A DNA stretch of 62,827 nucleotides, filler included, from Collodictyon triciliatum (lineage: Eukaryota): NCBI GenBank assembly GCA_043381765.1. It is 4 parts of 4 records of this genome, joined end to end, with 100 filler letters (N's around TTAATTAATTAA, not from the genome) between each part and the next. Parts side by side here need not be neighbours in the genome. Positions count along the whole stretch, not along the records: positions 1 to 27,964 come from JBHJMP010000964.1; 3 more parts are not named here. One strand, 5' to 3'. Shown one piece after another: positions 12,511-24,139 of the stretch. The position numbers and the translations under genes are program-made. The notes beneath the pieces were generated by a model. The model made no database searches, had not been told where the DNA came from, and saw nothing but the letters and a program-made list of their open reading frames with translations. Numbering within the stretch: the first letter of the stretch is position 1; every line of letters starts with the position of its first letter.

Positions 12511-13690
12511 ATGATGCCACATATCGAATCAAAACCCACCGTGGAGCATCGCGGACGGAAGCGAGAGTGCCGTCCAAAGAGCGCACATCGAGACTTCAAC
12601 TACCTCTCCTACTCCGAAGACCCGGCCCAACTCCGACAGCAGGTTTGCCCACCGCCCCTTATTCCTCTCCCGGAGTTCCATGAGCACCGTTCTGACAACT
12701 TCAGACCAAACAAACAAACAAACAAACAAACAAACAAACAAACAAACAAACAAACAAACAAACAAACAAACAAACAAACAAACAAACAAACAAACAAACA
12801 AACAATGGTCGAGCCCCTTGCTTCTCTCTCCTTGGCCTCTGTCCCACTAGCCTATCCCATCGCCTTCCGCAAATGAGAACGGCCGCAACACCCACCCGTC
12901 TGAAACAAACACACTTCCCAGGCCGATGGCTGGAAGGACGTGCACTTTGGCAAAGGCTTTTATCGAAGGCCCCGCGACACATCTGTCGAGGCGGTCAAGC
13001 AGGCCCAGTACGAAGCAAAGGTAAGCCGCCTCATTGCCTCACACGCAACAGACCGAACTGCTTGCCCTGACTCGAAGCCGCCTTTCCCCATACACATAGC
13101 TCCGCGACGGCGCCCTGCGTGAATCCCTTCGCCAGCAGGTGATCGCCCAGGCCGACAGGTACAACGGCTACGACGTGATTAACGGAGATATCAGCAACGA
13201 GCAGGTGAGTCATCCAGACAACTGATGCCACTTTTATACACACTCACACTCACACTCATACCCTCTCCTCACTTTGGTGCATCGAATGGTACAATCATCC
13301 CTGCTCTGCAGCGCATCAAGACGGCCGAAAGGTATTGTGCCACCCTTCCCAGCATAATCCGGCACACACACGTACACCCCGCGTTGTCATTGGGCGGGGA
13401 TGTCCAAAGAGTCTCACACAAAAACAAACAAACAAACAAACAAACAAACAAACAAACAAACAAACAAACAAACAAACAAACAAACAAACAAACAAACAAA
13501 CAGGCGACTGCAGCCGCAGAGGCGCCATTTTGAGGACCAGTTCGGCCCCAGTGCCACGAACCCCACCACGCCAGACGCAAAGACATACTTCCTGCCAAAC
13601 CCACGGCGGCATCTCGCACCCCTCAGCGGCTCGCTCGACTCGAAGACAAAGCTCATGACGTGGCCGGCACAGGAGCCGTTTCTGTCCTGA
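12511..13690 (+). CDS. Small (~175-180 aa) five-exon hypothetical protein
   Basis: GC-rich exons join in frame through GT-AG introns, two of them filled with (AAAC)n: MMPHIESKP...LRQQ / ADGWKDVHFGKGFY...YEAK / LRDGALRE...YNGYDVINGDISNEQ / RIKTAER / RLQPQRRHF...EPFLS*. No family recognised. Confidence 0.65.
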
Positions 13691-13889
13691 ATGCGCTCTC
13701 CCTTTTCACTCTCTGTCTCTTGGCCTGTCACTCGCAGCTGGCCAAACACGGAGGCCGGACAATCTTGTACGTCATCTCACACGCCGACGTTTTGTCACCT
13801 TGTTTGTCTGCTAATTATTATTTTTTTGTCCGAGCGTGTCTTTATTCCGACCTGGTTTCGGTTTCTCCTCAATGTGTGGGGTCTGGTCA

Positions 13890-16800
13890 CTACTGCCCTC
13901 CAGGGCTTCCACCTGCAAGGGTGTCATTCTGTCTTGTTAGCCGCATGCCTCAATAAAAAAAAAATGAATGAATGTGCACACAGGGCCAAAACCAAGCCCA
14001 ACCTGGGAAGGAGCCCATAATCGAGCCGATTGCGCCCATCACTTCGGGGTCGTTCATGTAGCGGAGCATCGCCATTGGGCCTTCGCGTTGCATCTCCTCG
14101 GCAATCTGGCGCATGCGTGGGTTGGATTGGAGATTCTACGGGAAAGGGTTACAATCAGACCGGCTGTGGTTGTGCCGAGTTGTGCGGAGCAGGGAGTGAG
14201 GAGAGAGTGTCGCGTGTCTGCATCACGGGCTTTAAAGCAAACCTGGACGGCGGGGTTTGTGGCCATGTTGCCCAGTAGATCGGCGACATCCGCTATTCGG
14301 CCACCACAAGCACATGAGTATATGTTATTGGTTGGGATACATTATGAGAAGAAAGTCGGAATGCGGGGTTTGTATGGTTTGTCGTGTGGCGATATTGGTG
14401 GGGTCATTACGGGAGAGTGGTGGCTCTGGCGTCTCTGTAGGTGCTGCTTGAGGAGGAGTCGCCTAGACAGAAGACGGCAATATTCAGCGAGGATGTCCTT
14501 TTCTTGCAATTTTTTTTCTCAAGGACGATATAGTTTGTGTTTGTGTGGTATTGATGGAATGTAATTGGGACGAACTTGGGAAGGAGATGAGGCACCCCTG
14601 CATTCAAAGATTAGATTTAGAATAATGTAACCATAAAATCAGGAGAAATAGGATGCCCTCCATGAGACATAGCGCAACTGATGGATTATTCTTACCCTTG
14701 TCCGCCAAACATTCCAAGGACAGAGTTCATCATGGCAGGATTAGACATCATCTACAAAGGCGTTGTGGCCGGAGAAATACTTCTTATTGAGGGTTTTTTT
14801 TTCTATAGACTATCAATCATGATGACAGTGGTGCTTTTACGGGCGCATATGTAATATTATATCTGCAATTAAAGCCACCTGAGATGCCATATTCATAATG
14901 GCAGGGTTGCTTAGGAGGGAGGCAAGGTCAGGAGCACCACCAGGAGCCTTTGAGATACATAATTAAAAGTAAGAATCAAAAGCCAACAATTTCAATGTCT
15001 AATTTTATTTTGTTTCATCTACCAAGTACTTGTTGTCAGGAGAGTGTTTTGTGGTGGACAGGAATAATTACAGCTGCTGGGCGTTGCGGTCTCAGTCTTT
15101 GCTTTGTTTCTTCCACAACTTCCTTGTAAGACTCGTTTGATGGTTCCAGCTTTGCAGCAACCTCGTATCCCTTCGTGAGAGCATTTTCATGTTGACCCAG
15201 TTGTGTGTAGGCCTGCCCCTATTTTATATTTAGGCAACTATAGTTAATATGGATTGTAACCTGCTTTTAAATGTCGATAATAATATGGGTGCTATTGTAT
15301 TAGTTGGAAATATGAAGCCCGTAAAGAAGAGGCAAAATAGACCCACATATATGATAAAAAATCAATAAGTAAATCAAAATTTACCAAACGGTAATAAGCC
15401 TTTGCATAATTAGCGTTGAGTCGAATAGATTCATTACAATCGGAGATGACTTCGTTGTACTTTTTCAGTTGGAAAAAAGCGGCAGCACTGTGTTATGAGG
15501 GGATTGAAAGGATGTACATTACATGATGAAAAAGAAAAGAAAAAGAAAAGGAAAGTGATACAGCCAACACAAACTTAGTCTGAATCACATTTTTCCTTAT
15601 CTCATCCTCCTTTTCGACATGAGCTTACCGATTTCCATAGTAGATGTGAGTCGGGACTAGGCTAATAGCTTCTGTGTACAGAGCAACAGCTTCCTCGTAC
15701 TTTTTTTCACTAATCTTTTCATTACCTGAACAGATAATGGTTTTGTAAGATTTAACCACAATATATGCTTACATAAAATATGCAGGAATCGTACAATTCT
15801 TCAAAAGAAAGTATTGTATACCTTTGACCTTGAACTCTTCAGCCCTGCGCGTCTTCGATTCAAGGGATTCCTCTTGCTGAGTTGGTGCAGAGCGACTTTG
15901 AAGTTTAACCTTCGCCTTTTCCAAAATCTCATAGTATTCTATCATAAAACGATAGGTAAGAAAATATTAATACCATGTAATTTTCTCCTTTTATCTATAA
16001 ATGGAGCCAAAAATTGAAAAAACACAGCAAAACTAGAAAAAAACGAGCAAATCCAACGGAAGTTTTTTTTTCTTCCTTTCGATTTTGTGCAGGGCCGTGG
16101 GAACGGAAGTTATTCAATATAATTCTTCATTAATCGAAAGTGTTGATGAAACCTTTTGATCCTTCGGGTACTTGTTTGAAGACACCCTTGCTCTTCAAAT
16201 GCTGTTCAAGGGTAATATCTATGGAATTGATCATTGTTATTAAAGAGAAGTTTATTTACTTTGAATCGAATAAAGGAGAAAAAAAAAAGAGAAGTTTAAT
16301 TGGCATTTAGACAATAAATGATGAAGTTTACCTTCAGGCGAAAGGACGGGTCTCTGTGCATATGGAAGAAGATAAAGCCAGAAAAATAAAAGACGACATA
16401 TATAGGATTATGATTAGCTATGTGTTACACAGTCGATTATATTTTACTTTTTTCAAAAAAAAAAAACATATATACAATATTTGCAATTCTTCAAACAAAG
16501 GTTTATTGAAGATGGTGTACCTGGAATGCTAACGAGCCGATTTTTTTTTTATTAACAAGGAAACAAAATAAAGATGTTAAACTAGCTTCTAAAGCAAAAC
16601 CCCAATAAGATACTGCAAATAGAACACGTACCTGGTACATCTCCTTGCTTTTGAGATTCCTATCAAGAAGAGAAAAAAAATAGTATTTGAGCATACTTGG
16701 AGTGAAATAATTCTGATGGCCAAACTTTTTCTCTGTCACTTTTTCTTACATAAAAGTAGAGTTGGTTTTTTCAACGCTGAAAATCCTTACGTGAGCCGAT

Positions 16801-17606
16801 TTCATTCCTTGGACGGCAGCAGAAACCTGACGATGTCCAACAGAAAATACCGCATCCAGTGTAGCAGGGCTGATGGACAATTCTTTGGTTTGTTGGGGAT
16901 CCTTTGGTTGTTATATTAAACCGACATAAGATAGAATATGACTTCGTGGGAGTTATGCATTTTTCTGTAAGGTTAAGAGATTGACTGGGAATGCTATTTT
17001 GATAAAAAGGGGTTAAATAAGTAAAGGATTAGGCTGCGACTAAGATTATTAACAATTAATTAATAATTTAAAGAGTTGGCTTCGCAACTTAATAGATTAT
17101 AAAAACGAGAAAAAGGCAAGAGAGAAAGATGAAGAGGAATATATTAATGAATAATACACATACACATAAACTTACGAAAACAAAAACAAAAACAAAAACA
17201 AAAACAAAAACAAAAACAAAAACAAAAACAAAAACAAAAACAAAAACAAAAACAAAAACAGACACAAATACAAATACTAAAACAGACACAAATACAAATA
17301 CAAGTACAAGTACTCCCTTTTCCATCACTACGCACATTCAGATTCAATTTGAACACAGAGCTAAGGCAGTCGATGGCCACGTTCAAGCTTTCATTTGCGT
17401 CCTCGTCCCCAGCTACAATCTGTAGTAGGAGATTGCGATAAGAAAAGAAAACAAAAGAAAACAAAAGAAAACAAAAGAAAACAAAAGAAAACAAAAGAAA
17501 AAAGAAAAAAGAAAAAAGAAAAATAGGAAAGGGCACATACCTGAGATTTCAGGTACTCCAAGATCGCATAGTGGAGCCTCTTTTGTGTCTCACTACGGTC
17601 AGCCAT
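13890..17606 (-). CDS. SGTA: SGT2/SGTA-like TPR co-chaperone (N-terminal dimerisation domain, three TPRs, C-terminal STI1-like NP/Met-rich repeats)
   Basis: N-terminus KRLHYAILEYL...ESLNVAIDCLSSVF matches the SGTA dimerisation domain. TPR segment AEEFKVKGNEKISEKKYEEAVALYTEAI...IYYGNRAAAFFQL...YAKAYYRLG. C-terminal LLSNPAIMNMASQMMSNP and RYMNDPEVM motifs. Confidence 0.88.
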
Positions 17607-17949
17607 CAGATCAGAGCTTCTGCAGCGGTCTTTATGTGAAGGTGGTTAAGTTGCAGACAGGAACAAACATGCACACCCACTGTGTCGAATCTGCTCGTCC
17701 CACGATCGCGGCACAAACACCCACGCTTCAACATCACCTCAGACACGGTTTAGATGATCTGATCAGACTGATCTGTCCATTTCGGGTTGCCTGTTCTGGA
17801 ATATAGAACCTTCGGGAAGATGCGCGCTTGGGCTGGATGGAGCAGTTTATATGGGTGGATGAGGCACGAGTGGGGCTGGATGGAGCAGAATGCGACTGGG
17901 TTTCAAGTATTCTCTCCCTTTGAATCTCATCCGCTTTTCTTTCGTATCT

Positions 17950-18440
17950 TTAGTACTCATCTGCCTATGGTATACATCAAATGAACATGTTGAATCTAGA
18001 GCGCAAATGGCTGAAACAAATATATTGTATTTCGTATTCTGGCCCACCAGATTTACGATTTCTGATAGCGGCTCCTGTAAGGCGAATTTCTTTAGATTTC
18101 TGGTGAAGATGGGCACAACATCACCTATGAGTGTTATTTGATGGTTCAATACATTTCGAGTTGATGATGCTGTCCCTCTCCAACAAAGCATTCCCCTCGG
18201 TACCAACCTGAATAGCTGATTCCAGACACGTGTGGTGTTATGACAACATTTGGCATACCCCATAGGGGACTTTCGGGATTTAAAGGTTCTTGTGTGAAAA
18301 CATCGAGAACAGCGCCACCCAGATAGCTAAAAAGCGAGGAAATGGCATTGACTTGGTTATCGTCATTACAATTACTTTAATTTGGCAATGATGAAGCGAT
18401 GATAACCTGAAAGTTGTAGGTTTCTAAAAGTTTGAAAAGA

Positions 18441-18538
<98 letters not shown>

Positions 18539-20002
18539 ATAAAAAAATTCTACTCAAAATTATTGTGATAAGATGAAAGAAAAATATACCCATGTGTTAG
18601 ACTGGCTATCAGGTCACTTTCGCTGGTGACATCTCCCCTTCCTATGTTGATGAATACACTTCCAGTTTTAAAGCCAGCAAACATATCCACGTTCAACAAG
18701 CCTCGTGTCTTAGCTGTGCTTGGGAGTGTATTTATGATGTAGTCTGCATGCCTTGCGTGACGCGTGAATTCCAAGAAATCTTTGGCTACTTCATCAAAAC
18801 TGTTTTGTGATCATAAAAATCTAAGCGTATGTCATGAAAAACCTTCATGGTATGTATATATAAACTATTACTGGTCGACTTTCTTTCCGGAGCGAGAATA
18901 TCCGTACACTCTCATATTGAATGCACACTTTGCAACACGGCCTATTTCCTTTCCGATGTCACCCGTTCCCAATACAAGAATTGTGATATCCTTTAATTTT
19001 CTATAACTGTACGCTGAATCGTTCATCAACCCCCATTTACTGCTCTCCTATATATGCGTGCGTGCCAAGCGAGGTATGTGACTTATATTATACCAGAAAT
19101 TTGAAGTAGGTTACCTGTAGTATCACTTTCATAATCATTATTGCTAATATGTACAAATTTAATCTGGTTTGGTTATTCACAGTGCCTAGAAGCAAAAATC
19201 ACACCTGAGATTTTCTAAGGTTCTCAAACTTCCTCTCTATAGATATTATGTGCCCTATACAATACTCAGCCATGGCACACCCAAATATTCCTGAAACCCT
19301 TGTCAGTTGGAAGGTGACCTGATTATTCGAAATGATGTTGAGAGTCCTCCTCAATGCTACATATGAATATCCGTATTGATATATCACCTTGTAATGTATA
19401 ATGAACCTACTTCCTTAGGAGTAGCTTCTTTTTGAATTAAAACCTCATCAAAGTACTCAAATAGTGAATGCATCCATTCAAGAAACTTAGATGAGTGCTG
19501 TGGTCATCGAGTGTTTAAATATGAAATGCTGATTAAAACTATGCACTGGTTGAAAGTAAATAAAGGGGAAGAAAAAACACCAACAGAAAAATCGGAATAT
19601 ATGTAAAGAGAAATCTCACTGAATAAATTCTATCGCATGTAGATTTGTCTACATATCGACTATGAATGCAATTCTCTCGCACATATTCCACAACTTTGAG
19701 GGTGAGGAAATGCGGTTGGAATCGCTTTACTGAATCCAAGAAGCTCTAATATTTAGTAAAATTCAAAATCTAAGCATCCGACACAAGTTTTTCTCTCTAA
19801 AGCAGTCAACATTATTCAAAATAATTAATGAGACTATACTATGTCTTGAGTTTCCTTTAACACTTTCCTCCAGTCAGGTCTCACTCTGGGAACGTCTCCT
19901 GTCACAGTAACCACAAGTCCCTCGAACAATCGAGCAAGCCTAGTGTATTATGATTATGATGAGTAGGAAGGAGCTATTGATATATATGAATCGATGTTGT
20001 AC

Positions 20003-20098
<96 letters not shown>

Positions 20099-20867
20099 TG
20101 TTTTATGCTGATCAGAACGAGTGTGAATATCTGATGAAATGTAAGTGTTACATCTCAGGTGGGCGATGGAGAGCCATAAGCTCGTGAATATCATGACGGC
20201 GAATTTCATTCAGTTTGCGGCGTGCTTTACTTAATCTATCTTCGATCTCTCTCTTATTTTCAAGGTCTACGTTCTTGAAGTTTCATATGTAAGTAAATCA
20301 GAAATCGTGTTTGTCGAATACATATCAATCATAAATTGAAACTTCTAAAATCATAAGGGACAAAATGAATCACTAAAATTATATTCGCCGACCGATATTT
20401 ATACCATAATTTTAATTTCAATTTATATAGAATAAAAGGGGAAAGTTATAATGTTAATGTCATCAAACATAATTTACTGTTTTGAAGACAAAAACCGAAA
20501 AAGTAATCTTTCATGTGTATCATCTTGTTGACTGTATAAATAGAAGCAAAAATTAACAAACAAACCGGATGAATAGCCTTGATTAGTTTGTCAACACCAG
20601 CAAATGTGGATTGCACCCATTTGGCTGATAAACCGCCGCTAACATACGGGGCCAGCAAAGGAGGGTCTGCAAGTATAATCTGGCCGGTGCATAATGAAGG
20701 CGATGTAAGCAAGAAGGAAATATAGGGTTCTGCATTCACCAAGCTAGTTCAAGAATAGTTAAGTTGGAAGGTAAAGTCGCACTCTATACACTAAATATTT
20801 ATTATTATTATTATTGTTATTGTTATTGTTATTGTTATTGTTATTGTTATTGTTATTGTTATTGTTA

Positions 20868-20965
<98 letters not shown>

Positions 20966-21214
20966 CATTCATATTTTCAATTTGCCAATGAACTAAAAGA
21001 TATATGCTATTAAGATAACTTTGAGAGTTGCTATATTGTATGTATGGGCGTGTCAATCAACCTCTGCATCTTTGAGCAGCGGAAGCGGATCAGCCAAGTC
21101 GCAAGGAATCACGTCTATTCGAATAGGCGGAAAATCTGCTTCGTTCTGGAGTTCTGCAACCGCACGAGTCACATCTACCACCAGAGAGTCGATCTTGACA
21201 TCATGCAGATGCAT
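17950..21214 (-). CDS. D-isomer-specific 2-hydroxyacid dehydrogenase (GhrA-like) with a 145-aa inserted dynein-MTBD-like domain
   Basis: Motifs [23 protein letters not shown], Rossmann [25 protein letters not shown] (catalytic Arg), [10 protein letters not shown] (Glu) and ITPHVSG (His) are all present. Four extra in-frame exons (20273-20152, 19939-19840, 19745-19620, 19497-19411) lie between the WVQST and LTRV motifs. Confidence 0.9.
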
Positions 21215-21825
21215 ACATAAGAGAGGCTGGTCAGAAACTTAATAAATAGTCGAATGAAGTAGAGTATGGTGGCAAGAGGGATAATGCCTTGCTGTGCTCA
21301 TATGAAGCGTGTTTATACCTTACTAAGGACAGCCACACGCAGCGGTTCTCTGGACATAACGTTATGGTGAAAGCTCCGTCCTCTTTCGCTAGAAAACTTG
21401 GCAGATTTAAGAAAAGGGACACTCATAAACGCTGCATTTGATCCGCCTAGCGTCTCTTCGCTTTAGACGTTTTCTCTGGCAATAGGGATGCCACGCGAGT
21501 CACGTTTTTGCAGTTCTGATAACCGGCTCGCGTATTGGTTGGTATCTTTTGTGCAACTCCTTTTTTTTCATGTGAACACATAGCCGGATGGTCGAGCTGT
21601 GCGCAAGTTAAAGGCAGGAACGCTACGCGCTGGATTTCTCGCATGCCCTGCTCTGCTGTGGTTGGCTGCTGGCTGGTGGCGGCCTCATGCCAAGAGGTTG
21701 TGTCCGTGTGCGTGTGTGTTTGTGCTTGTGCTTGTGCTTGTCTTTGTTTGTCTTTGTTTGCTTGTCTTTGTTTGCTTGGAAAGGAGGAGGAAAGGAGGAG
21801 CAAAGAAGTGTGCGAGGTTGTGTGT

Positions 21826-23468
21826 CTACTCTGCGTGTGAATGACGGAGCAGACTTGGCTGAGTGTCGAACGAGTTGCCTTGAAGGACGCCCTGGATTTC
21901 TTCGGAGAGCTCGTTGATGGCCGCTGGGTTGTGCGACACAAAGAGAGATGTCCCGGCAGAAGAATGTGCGATTTCCTTGATGGTATCAAAGTATTGATTC
22001 ATCATCACAAGCTGCATGATGGAGCGTGGATTGCTTCCAGGGACAGATTGGGAGAATTCCAGGATAGACGAGCCAAGCCCGTCGATGATAGCCTGTTTGT
22101 AGTGTAAAGACACGCAGTTGATGGAGACGTTAGCAGCTTCACGACGAGTGTGTCGTCTTAATGTTTTTATTTTTTTTTATAATCTCCGCTGAATGGGTCA
22201 TCGAATCAACTTTTGCTATATTATTATCTGGTTTGGATATGCGTTCATGGTTACCTTGCGTTGCTTGGCCAGTCCCACTCCGGAAAGGTATTTGCTTTCG
22301 GCCTCTGCCTCGGCGTTCTTAACCATCGTCACTTTATCTCCTTCAGCCTATTACGGAGGCCGAATGATAACATGAAAAAATGGTTAACATAAAGTCACAT
22401 TTATATCAGACGCGCGAGATGCATATAATGTTGCTTTGTTTTTCAGTGTTAAAAAGCTGAAGACCTTTGCAACAGCGGCTGATCTTAGTCTTTCTTGTGT
22501 ATTGATCTCGTTCATTGCATTCTTGACTCCTTTGTCGGGGTCTATGTCAGATATAAGGACCTGTAGGATTTTGAACCCGCTGCTTTCTAGGTCGGTGGCC
22601 AATTCCGAGCGGACGGTGTTGGCAACTTTGTCTTTGTTATCGAAAAGCTATTGTTTCAAAAGGAGAAATGCGAGGACCAAAAAAATTTCAAAGTTTGAGT
22701 AAAGTTGTAACAAATCCATTCAGCATGATACATCATATGGGTGGAAAAAATTACACGTCTTGTTCCGCCACACATACAAGTAATAGATTCCTTAAGTATA
22801 TGAAAAGTGGGTTGGAGAGAAAGAGAGAGAGAAAAAAAACCTCATCCAAGGTCATGGTAGGGACGGTGGAACGTACACTCGCTTGGACGCATACAGTAAT
22901 ATGTTCGATTGGGTTGCTAAGAGAGTAGAATGCCTTGTATGCGTCGACTTGCTCAGTCTTGTACGTGATTACCAGCTGGTATGGAGAAAGAGTGATTAAA
23001 CGGCGATGTGACGAAAATGGTAGAATCTGGCACTGACGAATGCAACATATCAAATCTCCATTTTTCCCAAGTAGCAAAACTGATGTTGTTCGTACACAAT
23101 ATAAAACTATTCGAAATAGGATGCAAGAAATACCTTTACTATTACAAACACATTATCGGCAGACTTAGACTCTACATGTGTTTCCACATTCTAAATACAA
23201 TTTTTTTCTATTATCTGTTATTCATATATATATATTAAGTCTGAAGATTTTTTTTTAGAAAAAAAAATCCTCGACCGAGCTTCGTAGTTATTGCTTATTT
23301 ATCATAGATGAATCCGTGTCGCACCTGAACCCGAAGGCTGACTTCCCCAGCAACACAATCAACACATGGAATCAAAGGGTGAAACCCGGGTGATAGAATC
23401 CCATCGAATGCTCCACAGCGCTCTTTGACAGAAACGCTTCCTTGTCCGACAATCGTGCAACACGACAT
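21826..23468 (-). CDS. SPFH/band-7 protein, hypersensitive-induced-response (HIR)-like
   Basis: Spliced product MSCCTIVGQGSVSVKERCGAFDGILSPGFH...SLRVQ...ESKSADNVFV...AFYSLSNP...VRSTVP.MTLDE.F...ISDIDPD..VKNAMNEIN...[26 protein letters not shown]...QYFDTIKEI matches HIR-family SPFH motifs. Confidence 0.9.
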
Positions 23469-24139
23469 CCCGATCTTACTTTGTGTTCTTTCCTTTTATT
23501 TCTTTTTTCATTATTACTATTATTTTATAATTTAATTCTCTTCTTTTTTCTTGTTTGACTGCAGCGCATTCCCCACTCGTAGCGGCAAAAAGGAGGAAGG
23601 AAGCTGCATTAGTTGCGCCGGAGAAGCAAGTTCGCCACTTTCAAGACGCGACACACGCCCGTCTCCAGAGTCTCGTCGACCACGTGTTTTCATTGTGCAG
23701 CCTTGTCACCAAACCCAATGTCAACCGGGCGCTCTGATGACCGAGCAGCGAAATGCCGGTTTGGTGGCGTGACTGGGCGTAACGGCAGCCACACATGATG
23801 CAGCCGTAAGTATTTCCATTTTTTATATACTTTATTACCAGATTTAACAAATTAAAACATTGTGCAGGATTTACACATTTAATTTAAGGCATAAATGTGT
23901 AATACATAGTATTTTCCGGATATAAAAAATTAATCTGGAAAATAAATCAACGGAAAAGCGGACACTTAAATCAAAAACAACACATCCTGTGAGCCCCGTG
24001 AGCTCTTTCTCTTGCAGTTTGTTGAGTATCAGGCGTGTCGCTCTGTTCGCTTTGCTCCTCGCTCTACTATTCTTTTCATCTCCTCTCATTTATTTCATTC
24101 TGCAAGACAAAAGTTTTCAACACCGCTTCGCCAGGCCGC

